64,000 nucleotides of DNA. It comes from Gemmatimonadota bacterium. Its GTDB lineage: Bacteria > Gemmatimonadota > Gemmatimonadetes > Gemmatimonadales > GWC2-71-9. The notes beneath the pieces were generated by a model. It did no database searches, was not told where the DNA came from, and was given only the letters and a program-made list of their open reading frames with translations. A program made the translations under genes and the position numbers. Positions 1 through 8,782 of the stretch are shown in pieces. Positions within the stretch are counted from its first letter, which is position 1. Every line of letters starts with the position of its first letter. The stretch lies in NCBI GenBank assembly GCA_036679645.1, contig JAZDCY010000074.1, forward strand, positions 35,069-99,068. The letters run 5' to 3'.

Positions 1-486
1 GAGGAGTCCCTCGAGCAGGGCGAGCGGATCGAGCGCACCGTCTTCGGGTGACAGGAGGGCGCCCCGGGTCCGGTCGGTGAGGCCGGGGCACCGCTCGCGC
101 AGGTCTTCGGGCGTGAGCCACTCGGAGTTGAGGCCCTGTTGGCGCTGCCATGCGACGGAATGGCGCGCGTCGTCCTCGTCTTCCTGGGTGAATGCGATTT
201 TGAGGATGCCGTCGGTCCACAGGGCGATGTCGACGCCAGCCTCATCCTCGAGTTGCGGGGCGAGTTCGCAATAGAGGTCTCGCGCACGGATGTACACCCC
301 CAGGAGGGGGTCTTCGATCTCCGTTTCGGCCAGGGGAGCGAGCATGCCGGCCGAGGCCTGGGTGGCGATCCCGGTCTCTGTGCCCGAATCGATTATGCCT
401 ACCGAGAGGCCGGTCAGGGCCAGGGATCGGGCGGCGGCGGCCCCGATGATGCCACCGCCGACGACGAGGACGTCAGTCGCCGGCAC
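1..486 (-). CDS. thiO: Glycine oxidase ThiO-like FAD-dependent oxidoreductase (N-terminal part; runs off window start)
   Basis: Manual translation from GTG at 486: VPATDVLVVGGGIIGAAAA...ATQASAGMLAPLAE...EDGALDP; GxGxxG FAD motif plus the ThiO/DAO-type SAGMLAP motif. Not in the ORF track because it is open to the edge. Confidence 0.75.
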   Translation of the reverse strand, partial: MPATDVLVVGGGIIGAAAARSLALTGLSVGIIDSGTETGIATQASAGMLAPLAETEIEDPLLGVYIRARDLYCELAPQLEDEAGVDIALWTDGILKIAFTQEDEDDARHSVAWQRQQGLNSEWLTPEDLRERCPGLTDRTRGALLSPEDGALDPLALLEGLL

Positions 487-566
487 GCCGGGAGCTTGCT
501 CTGAAACCGCGGGCGACGTACACTCGTACGATATTACGTACGAGAGGCTTCGGAAGGGAGTTCAGG

Positions 567-788
567 ATGCGCACGCTCATTGGTTATGCAGTCCTCGCGG
601 TCATCGGCTTCGTCGCGCTCAGCCTTGTTTTGTCGCTGCTCAGCATCGTTTTTGGGCTCGTAATGAAGCTCTTGATGCTCGCCGCGGTCGGATTCGTTCT
701 CTACCTGATGCTCAAAGTTATCAGCCCGGGCACGGCGCGCCGAGTGCGCGATTCCATCAAGGGGTCCGATCGCCCGAAAGCGGCCTGA
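567..788 (+). CDS. Small membrane protein, 73 aa
   Basis: Two hydrophobic segments and a basic tail; AGGGAG-like RBS upstream; terminator downstream. Confidence 0.75.
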   Translation: MRTLIGYAVLAVIGFVALSLVLSLLSIVFGLVMKLLMLAAVGFVLYLMLKVISPGTARRVRDSIKGSDRPKAA

Positions 789-826
789 GGGTCTCGGACT
801 GCTGTAGCGATCCGGGGGGGGGGGGG

Positions 827-855
827 GGGGCGCCATGAGTGGCGTCCCTTTTTTT
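827..855 (+). terminator. Rho-independent terminator
   Basis: GGGGCGCCA-TGAG-TGGCGTCCC stem (one G-U) followed by T7, between convergent genes. Confidence 0.75.
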
Positions 856-859
856 GCGT

Positions 860-1627
860 TCAGGGAGAGTCGGGTGACGTGACGGAATGCTCCTCGAAGG
901 ACCGGAGCCGCATCGTAATCGAACCGATGCCAATGAACTTGCTCTTGATCTGCACCACGACCCGGCGCGCGTCGTCCGTGATCCACATCTGGCCCTCGGC
1001 CCCTTCCTTGAAGATGCCGCCGCCCTTGATGATGGGCCGTACGACGAGTGTAGCGAACCGGCCGGCGGGGACGTCGATCGTGTCCCGCTCCAGCACCTCG
1101 AGCACGACCGGGTTCCGGTCGGGCTTGAAGTACCGATCGAACTCGTAGCGTTCGCCCGGCACGAGATCGACCGTTCGCACGAAATAAAAGAACGCGGCGT
1201 CGTCGAGCGGCTGCACCGATGTGGCGGCAGTCGTGTCGACCCCCTCCCGACGGTAGAACCCCGAATCGGGGAAGATTTCGTAGACGTTGCGATACTCCCG
1301 GCCCCCCTCCTGATGATCCTGCACGAATCTCCGGGACGCGAAGTCGTGAAGTCCGATCCACGAGTCCCACACATTGTGCAGGCGGTAGACCACGAAGTTG
1401 CGGCTTTCGATGAGGAAGCGGATGTGCAACGACTCACGGTCGCGGATCGTATCGATGCCGGCCACCTCCAACGTCGCGCGACCCAGATTGAGAAACCCCC
1501 ATTTCACCTCGTACTCGAGTCGCTCACCGACCCACGAACGGGGGTCACCGGCGGTGCTGTCTGATTGCGCCGCAAGCGGACCAGCGGCGAGTCCGCACAG
1601 CACCAACAACGTGATGGCAGGCCTCAT
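860..1627 (-). CDS. DUF3108-like exported protein
   Basis: Signal peptide; GERLEYEVKWG, IDVPAGRF and WITDDARRVVVQI segments typical of DUF3108. Confidence 0.75.
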   Translation of the reverse strand: MRPAITLLVLCGLAAGPLAAQSDSTAGDPRSWVGERLEYEVKWGFLNLGRATLEVAGIDTIRDRESLHIRFLIESRNFVVYRLHNVWDSWIGLHDFASRRFVQDHQEGGREYRNVYEIFPDSGFYRREGVDTTAATSVQPLDDAAFFYFVRTVDLVPGERYEFDRYFKPDRNPVVLEVLERDTIDVPAGRFATLVVRPIIKGGGIFKEGAEGQMWITDDARRVVVQIKSKFIGIGSITMRLRSFEEHSVTSPDSP

Positions 1628-2370
1628 GACTGCACCCGGGCGGTGGACGGGTCAATCCGGAGCGCGCGGCCCGCGCGAAACAGGGCTACGGCCAAGGTCA
1701 GGGGATGCTGCTCGAACAGGGGCTGCGCGATCGCGCGCGCTGGGAGCGGCACGGTGGCGAGTTGCCGTGCGTGCGATGCGGCGCGCGCGATGAGTTCCGC
1801 CCGGGCACACGCGCTGTTGCCCGACTCCAGGAGACTGCCGGACTGCTGCCGGAGCGCCAGCTTGAGCGTGATGAGTCGCAGTGCGTAGCAGTCTGACATC
1901 AGGTCCCTAACTCCAGGAACCCGCACGCCAGGACGCAGCAACCATGTAGCCGAGCGCCGGATGAGGCGGCGGGCGAACGAGTGCTCGCGTCCGAACGTCT
2001 CGGCGACCACTAGATCGGCGCCTGAATCGATGCGCCGCACCAACTCGGGTAGCGCATCGGGCGAGACCGCGAAATCTGGAGGGACGACGATGGCGATGTC
2101 CCGTTTCGGGCGGTCGGTGCGCCCGAGCGCGTCCCGCAGCAGCGCCTCGAGGCTTGCGGCGTCCGAGCGTGGGCGCTCGGAGCGCAGCACGGTCATGGGT
2201 AGGACGCGCTGGTACCGCTCCAACAACTCGGCGGTCTCGTCGTTCCCGCTCTCGTCGGCCACCAGCAGGTGGTATTCGCGTGGGAACTCGGTAAAGACCT
2301 GGCGCACCTTCCACAGGACGAGTCCCACGGTCGGGGCGTGATTCCGGGTCGATACGCAGATATAGATCAT
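1624..2370 (-). CDS. Glycosyltransferase family 2-like protein (degenerate motifs)
   Basis: N-terminal IYICVSTRNHAPT...LLVADESGND resembles GT2 IPxYNE...DDGSxD; GADLVV; ATGA-coupled to neighbours. Confidence 0.65.
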   Translation of the reverse strand: MIYICVSTRNHAPTVGLVLWKVRQVFTEFPREYHLLVADESGNDETAELLERYQRVLPMTVLRSERPRSDAASLEALLRDALGRTDRPKRDIAIVVPPDFAVSPDALPELVRRIDSGADLVVAETFGREHSFARRLIRRSATWLLRPGVRVPGVRDLMSDCYALRLITLKLALRQQSGSLLESGNSACARAELIARAASHARQLATVPLPARAIAQPLFEQHPLTLAVALFRAGRALRIDPSTARVQS

Positions 2371-3452
2371 CGGTTGAGCGTCTCGTAGATCTCCATGGTC
2401 CGTGTCGCCATCAGGTCGGCTCCATGCCGGCCGCAGATTTTCGGAGCCAGCGCTTGCACGCGGCGGCGTTGCTCATCGTTGTCCAACCAGCTGGCAACCG
2501 CTGCCGCAACGGCGGCCGGGTCTCGCGGTGGGACCAGCGTTCCGGTCTCGGGCCTCACGATTTCGCGCAGGCCACCGGTATCTGTGGCCACGACCGGGCG
2601 GCCCCGTACGAGGGCGTCCAGCACCGCACCGCCTAACCCCTCGGACAACGGCGTGTGGACCAGCAGGTCCGCGCGCCGGAGCAGGGGTCCGGGGTCGTCG
2701 ATGAAACCGGTGAAGGTGACCGGTGCTCCCAGCCGCCGGGCCAACTGCTCGAGGCGTTCCCGTTCCGGGCCATCTCCCGCGATCACCCAGCGGATGCCTG
2801 GCGTGCCAGGCCGGCTCGCAGCCGCGATACCGGTTGCTACCCCCTTCTCGGGACTGAGTGCGCCCAGTATGAGCACCACCCGCGCCTCCGGGCCGATGCC
2901 CCAACGGCGCAGGTCCGCGGTCGGCTCGGTTGGAAGCGGAGTCCGCACGGCACTGGGGATCTGAGCAATGCGTGCGGCCGGTACTCCAGCGCGTACGAGC
3001 GAATCGCGCACCGCGGACGAGATCGCAATGTAACGGGAGACGCCCGTGCGGTACTTCCAGCGACCGCGCGGTCGGCGGGTGACGCGTCGCGTGACGACGA
3101 GTGGTAGCCGTACTGCCCTCGCCCCGAACACCTGGGCCGTTCGGGCGATGGCATGTGCGCGGGCGTCGTGTGCGTGGAGCACAGTTGCTCCCCACGCAAA
3201 CGAGACCCGCCGAAAGTGCCTGGCAGCACCGATGGCGAGATCATGCGGCACCGGCACGGTGCTTACTGGAATACGGTGCGAGTTGGCCCACGCGACCAGC
3301 GGTGATCCTTCGATCGTCCACAGGTGGACTGACACACCGCGCCGGTGCAGTCCCGCTGCCAGGAGCGCGACCTGTCGTTGTCCCCCCCGCCAGGCGGTAC
3401 CGGTATCCGCACACATGATCCGGGGCGGTAGGTTCGGGCTGGTCCGCGTCAT
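2367..3452 (-). CDS. Glycosyltransferase family 4
   Basis: WRGGQRQ, LHAHDARAH, GDGPE, EGLGGAVLDA, PVVATDTGG motifs. Confidence 0.9.
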   Translation of the reverse strand: MTRTSPNLPPRIMCADTGTAWRGGQRQVALLAAGLHRRGVSVHLWTIEGSPLVAWANSHRIPVSTVPVPHDLAIGAARHFRRVSFAWGATVLHAHDARAHAIARTAQVFGARAVRLPLVVTRRVTRRPRGRWKYRTGVSRYIAISSAVRDSLVRAGVPAARIAQIPSAVRTPLPTEPTADLRRWGIGPEARVVLILGALSPEKGVATGIAAASRPGTPGIRWVIAGDGPERERLEQLARRLGAPVTFTGFIDDPGPLLRRADLLVHTPLSEGLGGAVLDALVRGRPVVATDTGGLREIVRPETGTLVPPRDPAAVAAAVASWLDNDEQRRRVQALAPKICGRHGADLMATRTMEIYETLNR

Positions 3453-5401
3453 TGCCGCGTGGCAGCTGCGGCGAGAACCGACCGCAGCTCCGCCAGAGAA
3501 AACGGCTTCCGGAGATACGGGCGACCGAGGGATTCGAGAAACTGAAGCGTGTTACCGCGCACCGTGTCACCGGTGCTGAACACGACGCGTTCTGCCGCGT
3601 CCGGGTTCTGCTGCTGCAGCGCCTCGAACATCTCGCGCCCGCCCAGGGCTGGCATGCGCAGGTCCGAGATGATGACGTCGAACGGGTCATGCGTAGCGCG
3701 CTCGAGACCCTCTGCACCATCAACGGCGATGGCGACCTCGTGTCCCCAGGCCTCGAGCGTTGCCTGCATGTAGTGCTGGATGTGCGGTTCGTCGTCGATC
3801 ACGAGTACGCGCAGCGCGCCGGGTGCCTTGGGTTCGGCGGTCACCGTGGGGCTCTCCTCGCGGCCGGCTGGAAGCTCCACGCGGAACGCCGCGCCACCCA
3901 GGGCGCTCCGGGCGTACGAGAGGCGACCGCCGTGCTCCTTCACTATACCGGCGCAAATCGAAAGGCCTAGACCTGTGCCCTCCCCTTCGGCCTTGGTCGT
4001 GAAGAACGGCTCGAAGATGCGATCCGCCACCGTGTCGGGTACGCCCGGACCATCGTCTTCAACCGTGATGGCGACACCATCCAGCCACGGCTCGCCGCGA
4101 ATGACGATACGGCCCGATCCTTTGGAGGCCCCGATGGAGTGGACGGCGTTGTTGATGAGGTTCACGAATACTTGCTGGGCCTGATTGGGAGCGACACACA
4201 CCGGCGGCAGGTCCGCGGCAATGTCGAGTTCGAGGTCGATCCCATGGGCAATGAACTGGTTCTTGAAGAGCACCAGGGTCGCCGAGAGAATCTGCCGCAC
4301 GCGCAGTACACTGCGCTGGTCGTCCTGTTTGCGGGCGAAGGTCAGCAAGTTCCGTACGATGTTCGCCGCGCGTTCGGCCTCCTGTTGGATGGCCCGAAGC
4401 GGTTCGCTCAACTCCGGTGTCTGCGCTGCGCCGGACTCAACCAGGTAGTCGGAAAACCCGATGACCGACGCAAGGGGGTTGTTGAGGTCATGGGCCACGC
4501 CGGCGATCAGCTGCCCGATGGCCGACATCTTCTCGGACTGGATGAGCTGGTCTTGCAGGCGCCGGCGTTCCGTCTGATCGTCGAAGATGAGGGCGGCGCC
4601 GCCGTCCGGCGTTCGGGTGAGCGAGAGGACTGACAGCTGGAAAACCCGGTCTCCGGCCGTGAGCTCTGTAGGCTCCGCAACGGTGGGGTCGGCGAGCGCG
4701 CGGCCCACTGCGTCCGCCCAGGTGGGCGGGACGAGGGCAATACAAGGGTGGCCCGCTATGTCGGTCAGGGATACGTCGACCATCGAAGCAAAGGCTTTGT
4801 TAGCGCGCGACACGGAGCCCGATGCGTCGACCACGCAGATCCCGAGCCGGATCGCATCTACGGTTTGCTCCCACTCTCGTTTTCCGGCAGAAAGCAGGGC
4901 GAGGAGTTGCTTGTTCTCGAGCGCGATCGCCGCCTGCGTCGCGACCGCCACGACGAAATCGAGATCGTCCTGGGTGAGCCGGTCGGCGACGCCACTGGTG
5001 AGCGAGACCGCGCCTAGCAGGCGACCGGCGGCAAGCGGGCAGCCGATCCAGCCCAATGGTTTCCCGGCGACCGTGATCCCGCGCACGGCCAGCTCAGTAT
5101 CGGCCCCGTTACGTATGAGGGTGGGTCCGGTATCCCCTGCGAGCGTGAGCAGGGGCCGGTCGGTTTTCGGGTCGTATTCCCCGAGGGCCACGGCAACCCG
5201 TTGCTGGCCCTCGGCATCGAGCAAGCCGATCAGCACGCCGTCCGGCTCGAGGTGCCGATCGAGCAGTTCCGCCACGTGACGCGCGACCATCTGGGGGGCG
5301 ATCGGCCCCACGAGATCGCCGCCCAGGGCGGCCAGCGCAGTGAGGGACGAAACCTTGCCCCGGGGTGCGGGTGTTTCAGAAGATGAAGGAGGCTGTGCCA
5401 T
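3449..5401 (-). CDS. Hybrid sensor histidine kinase (GAF-PAS-HisKA-HATPase-REC)
   Basis: H-box AHDLNNPL, N-box NLINNA, DDGPG, FEPFFTTK, GTGLGL; C-terminal receiver VLVIDDE...SDLRMP...KPF. Start 5401 uncertain. Confidence 0.92.
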   Translation of the reverse strand: MAQPPSSSETPAPRGKVSSLTALAALGGDLVGPIAPQMVARHVAELLDRHLEPDGVLIGLLDAEGQQRVAVALGEYDPKTDRPLLTLAGDTGPTLIRNGADTELAVRGITVAGKPLGWIGCPLAAGRLLGAVSLTSGVADRLTQDDLDFVVAVATQAAIALENKQLLALLSAGKREWEQTVDAIRLGICVVDASGSVSRANKAFASMVDVSLTDIAGHPCIALVPPTWADAVGRALADPTVAEPTELTAGDRVFQLSVLSLTRTPDGGAALIFDDQTERRRLQDQLIQSEKMSAIGQLIAGVAHDLNNPLASVIGFSDYLVESGAAQTPELSEPLRAIQQEAERAANIVRNLLTFARKQDDQRSVLRVRQILSATLVLFKNQFIAHGIDLELDIAADLPPVCVAPNQAQQVFVNLINNAVHSIGASKGSGRIVIRGEPWLDGVAITVEDDGPGVPDTVADRIFEPFFTTKAEGEGTGLGLSICAGIVKEHGGRLSYARSALGGAAFRVELPAGREESPTVTAEPKAPGALRVLVIDDEPHIQHYMQATLEAWGHEVAIAVDGAEGLERATHDPFDVIISDLRMPALGGREMFEALQQQNPDAAERVVFSTGDTVRGNTLQFLESLGRPYLRKPFSLAELRSVLAAAATRQ

Positions 5402-6143
5402 GATCCTTCCGAATTTACGACAACGGCTCACGGCCGACGATCGTCAGCTCGTGCTGGATGTGCTTGCCGAGGGGGACGCCGGCCGCCGCCTGGAACTCGA
5501 GCGACAGGTGGGGACGGAAGGACCGGACGCGCTGCTGGACGCGCCAGAGCTGCCGCGGCTGCTGCGCGACCGTCCCGGCTGCGCGGTACCGTCCGCGCAG
5601 CTCTTCATCTACGTGACCGTACGGCACACGCTCCGCGACACGGGGATCGAGGATATCCGCCTGGCGGATTATCTGGGAGCGCTGCTCCACGATTTCGGGG
5701 CACCTGGCCGTGCGTGGCGCATTGCGCCCCACGAGGACGACGAGTTCCATACGCTCGCCGATATTCTGGCCAGCGCCGTTGCGGCAGGTGGGCGGCGCGG
5801 ATTTCTGTTGCGCGCGCACCTGGGGAATTACAGCCTTTGGCTCGCGGGCGTTTTCCCGGATCGTATCACTGCCAGACGCGAGCGCCGTGGAGGACCCGGG
5901 TTTCGGTATTATGAGGAGTTGGGGGCGCAAGGATTTCGGCTGGCGGCGGATGACCGCTACGCGCGGGAGTTGGAAGTGGCCGACGTGTACACGCGGGCCG
6001 CGGACCTGTTTGCGCCGTTGCGCGTTGCGCTCAACCGCCTGTCCGACCAGGCGTTCTTTCGCGACATAGCTTCCGCCGATAGGCTCATACGTCAGGTACG
6101 TGACGACAACCGCTTTCCGCCCCGCGCGTCATCCCTTTTCTGA
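5400..6143 (+). CDS. Conserved hypothetical helical protein
   Basis: AAGGAGG 7 nt before ATG 5400; protein-like composition (HLGNYSLWLAGVFPD...YYEELG). Confidence 0.75.
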   Translation: MILPNLRQRLTADDRQLVLDVLAEGDAGRRLELERQVGTEGPDALLDAPELPRLLRDRPGCAVPSAQLFIYVTVRHTLRDTGIEDIRLADYLGALLHDFGAPGRAWRIAPHEDDEFHTLADILASAVAAGGRRGFLLRAHLGNYSLWLAGVFPDRITARRERRGGPGFRYYEELGAQGFRLAADDRYARELEVADVYTRAADLFAPLRVALNRLSDQAFFRDIASADRLIRQVRDDNRFPPRASSLF

Positions 6144-6145
6144 GG

Positions 6146-6640
6146 CTACGGCGCCGGGTCGCTGATGTCGGCAAAGAGAGGACAGCGTTCATCGCTGACG
6201 GACGCCCACCGTATGCGCATTCCATATAAGGGGAGTGTGCTCGTCGCACTCGAGATCGTTCCGATCTGCGGGTAGTCAGGTGGGCCGTTGCTGTCGTAGA
6301 CCAGAATGCCGCGGAACACCTCCGACGAATCATCGACGAGTGCCACCGCCCAGCCGGGGCGCATGGGGAACCCTTCGCCTTCGTATCCCACCACTATCCC
6401 TACCGAGTCGGGGCCCTTTGCCGCCAGCGCGCGCGTCGTCCCGCGCCCAACCACGCGCGCGGGGACCGCGCCGGTCAGGCCCGGCGGCGCCGTCTCGAGA
6501 AGCGTCGATGCGGCGGAGAACCGCTCGAGGACGACGTTGCCCGCGGCGATCATCCCCAGTCCGCAGATTGCGCTGTTCTCTGGGTCCCGCTCGCCGCGGC
6601 ACGCGAGCAGCGGCACGAGGAGTACCATGAAACGCTTCAT
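6146..6640 (-). CDS. Putative lipoprotein
   Basis: MKRFMVLLVPLLAC lipobox signal. Confidence 0.75.
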   Translation of the reverse strand: MKRFMVLLVPLLACRGERDPENSAICGLGMIAAGNVVLERFSAASTLLETAPPGLTGAVPARVVGRGTTRALAAKGPDSVGIVVGYEGEGFPMRPGWAVALVDDSSEVFRGILVYDSNGPPDYPQIGTISSATSTLPLYGMRIRWASVSDERCPLFADISDPAP

Positions 6641-6704
6641 GAGAGAATTCTACGCGCATGGACCCGATCCGGCCACGCGCATCACCGGGCCGTCGTGGTC
6701 TCTG

Positions 6705-6733
6705 TTGACCCTTCCCTGACACCGGAATATCGT
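6705..6733 (+). promoter_or_regulatory. Putative sigma70-type promoter
   Basis: TTGACC-17 bp-TATCGT in the intergenic region upstream of the PspA-like gene. Confidence 0.5.
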
Positions 6734-6842
6734 TTGCTCAGGTGACGGGCCGTCCGCGACGGTGCCCGTCTCATTCTGGAGGATGCGCTCATTGCCCTAC
6801 GACGAACGAACACGCGCGTGCGCGCAGGTCGGGTGACGCGCG

Positions 6843-7373
6843 ATGTTTGAGGGGCTTCGCGACGCCGTGAACGCGGCGCTCGACGCCGCGACACCGCCTC
6901 CAGACTGGCGAGACCTACGCGGGCAGATGCATCGCGCGGCGGTCGAGGGGCGGGCGGCGCTAGCCAAGATGCGAGACGATCTCTCGGTCACCGAAGAGGA
7001 GCTGGCGGTCGAGCGCCGGCAGTTGGACGACGCGCGTCGGCGTGGGCGACTTGCGACCGACATTGACGACCAGGAAACGGTCGAGGTGGCCCGCCGCTTC
7101 GAGGCGAAGCATGAGGAGCGTGTCGCGGTGCTGGAGCAGAAGCTCGCCGCCCAACACGCGGAATTGGCGCTTGCGGAGCGAGAGGTCGAGGACATGGTCG
7201 GGCAACTCAAGGAGGTGGAGCGCAGGGGGCTGGCGACGGATCCGTCGGCGCCCGCTGCCGCAGACCTACCCGATGCGGGAGAGACGCGGTTGCGTGAAGA
7301 CATCGACCGCCAGGCACGCGAAGCGGACGCGGATGCCAGATTACGTGAACTGAAGAAACGCATGGGAAAGTAG
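6843..7373 (+). CDS. PspA/IM30-like coiled-coil protein
   Basis: Amphipathic N-terminus MFEGLRDAVNAALD, long coiled coil, C-terminal DARLRELKKRMGK. Confidence 0.6.
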   Translation: MFEGLRDAVNAALDAATPPPDWRDLRGQMHRAAVEGRAALAKMRDDLSVTEEELAVERRQLDDARRRGRLATDIDDQETVEVARRFEAKHEERVAVLEQKLAAQHAELALAEREVEDMVGQLKEVERRGLATDPSAPAAADLPDAGETRLREDIDRQAREADADARLRELKKRMGK

Positions 7374-7382
7374 GCGAAGCCG

Positions 7383-7781
7383 ATGGATGTGAGACCCGAT
7401 CGGATGGTGCATCTCGGATATGGCAAGTACTGGCGATCAGATGCGATTGTCGGACTGATGCCCATTGAGGAAGAGCGCGGTCCGGGGCGGCGAACCGCCG
7501 TGTATACCGCCACGCTCGATCAACCCCTGACGGCGAGCCGCAGTCAGGAGGCCATTCTCCAAGACATGGCGTTTGCTTCCGACGAGGTCTTTCGCGTGCA
7601 GGAAGCCCGCGAGATGCTCTCGGATGTCGCCGACGGGCTCTCCGATGTCCCGGATGTGCTCCGGCGAATGCTCATGACCGAGGCCCGGTTCGATGTCGAG
7701 ACGTGGGTGCGACGGTTGCGTGGCGCGCTGCGAACGGAGGGCGCGGAGGCCCTAGCCGGACAAAACGACCTGTTCGACTAG
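7383..7781 (+). CDS. Hypothetical protein with RemA/DUF370-like N-terminal domain
   Basis: VHLGYGKY...GRRTAVY resembles RemA INIGFGN...GRRTRAVI. Confidence 0.55.
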   Translation: MDVRPDRMVHLGYGKYWRSDAIVGLMPIEEERGPGRRTAVYTATLDQPLTASRSQEAILQDMAFASDEVFRVQEAREMLSDVADGLSDVPDVLRRMLMTEARFDVETWVRRLRGALRTEGAEALAGQNDLFD

Positions 7782-8782
7782 CCGCGGTTGCCCGCGTGAT
7801 GGCAGGCGACCGTTCCCCGGCCGACGGTGCGTAGAGCCGGTACCTCCTGCCGGCAACGCTCATCCTTCTCGATGTGCGGGCAGCGCGGATGGAAGACGCA
7901 GCCTGACGGGACGTGGAGTGCGCTTGGTGCATCGCCCGCGAGCACCGTGCGGTCGCGCTGGGCGGTGGGATCCGGGTGCGGGACCGCGGAGAGCAGCGCC
8001 GCCGTGTAAGGATGCTGCGGTGCGGCGTACAGGTCGTTGACCGTCCCCCTTTCGACGATCCTCCCCAAGTACATCACTGCCACTCGTGTCGCGACCTGCC
8101 GAACGACCGCGAGGTCGTGAGCGACGAAGAGATACGTGAGTCCGCGGCGCTGTTGCAGGTCGCGCAGCAAGGTCAGCACCTGGGCCTGCACCGAGACGTC
8201 CAGGGCGGAGACGGGTTCGTCGAGAATCAGGAATTCGGGCTCGACGGCCAGGGCGCGAGCGATGCCCACCCGCTGGCGCTGCCCGCCGGAGAGTTCATGT
8301 GGGTAGCGCGGTCGGAATGACTGGTCGAGACCGACTTCGCCGAGCAACGCGTCGACCCGCTGGTCCAACTCGGCGAGTTCACCGAGTCGGTGGATCTCCA
8401 TGGGCTCCCGCACGGCCTTTCCGATCGTCATGCGCGGGTTCAGCGATCCGAACGGGTCCTGAAACACAATCTGCATGCGACGGCGAAACTGTCGGAGGGC
8501 CGGCGGGTCGAGGCCCAGCACGTCGATGCCGTCAAACTCCACCGCCCCGGAATCGGGTTGCGTCAGCCGTAAGATGCACCGGCCCAACGTGGTCTTTCCC
8601 GATCCGCTCTCTCCCACGAGTCCGAGTGTCTCCCCGCGTGGAATCTCCAGCGACACGCCGTCAAGGGCGCGCAGTCGATCGCTACGGCCCCATCCGCGGG
8701 CGACCGAGAACTCTTTGACCAGTCCCGTGAGCCGGAGCAGCGGGGGAGGGGAAGCTGGGGAGCGGGGGGCCGGATCGGTCAT
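7778..8782 (-). CDS. oppF: Oligo/dipeptide ABC transporter ATP-binding protein (OppF/DppF-like)
   Basis: GESGSGKTT, LSGGQRQR, LDEPVSALD, HPYT, GCVFHPRC; ATG 8782 overlaps upstream stop. Confidence 0.9.
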   Translation of the reverse strand: MTDPAPRSPASPPPLLRLTGLVKEFSVARGWGRSDRLRALDGVSLEIPRGETLGLVGESGSGKTTLGRCILRLTQPDSGAVEFDGIDVLGLDPPALRQFRRRMQIVFQDPFGSLNPRMTIGKAVREPMEIHRLGELAELDQRVDALLGEVGLDQSFRPRYPHELSGGQRQRVGIARALAVEPEFLILDEPVSALDVSVQAQVLTLLRDLQQRRGLTYLFVAHDLAVVRQVATRVAVMYLGRIVERGTVNDLYAAPQHPYTAALLSAVPHPDPTAQRDRTVLAGDAPSALHVPSGCVFHPRCPHIEKDERCRQEVPALRTVGRGTVACHHAGNRG

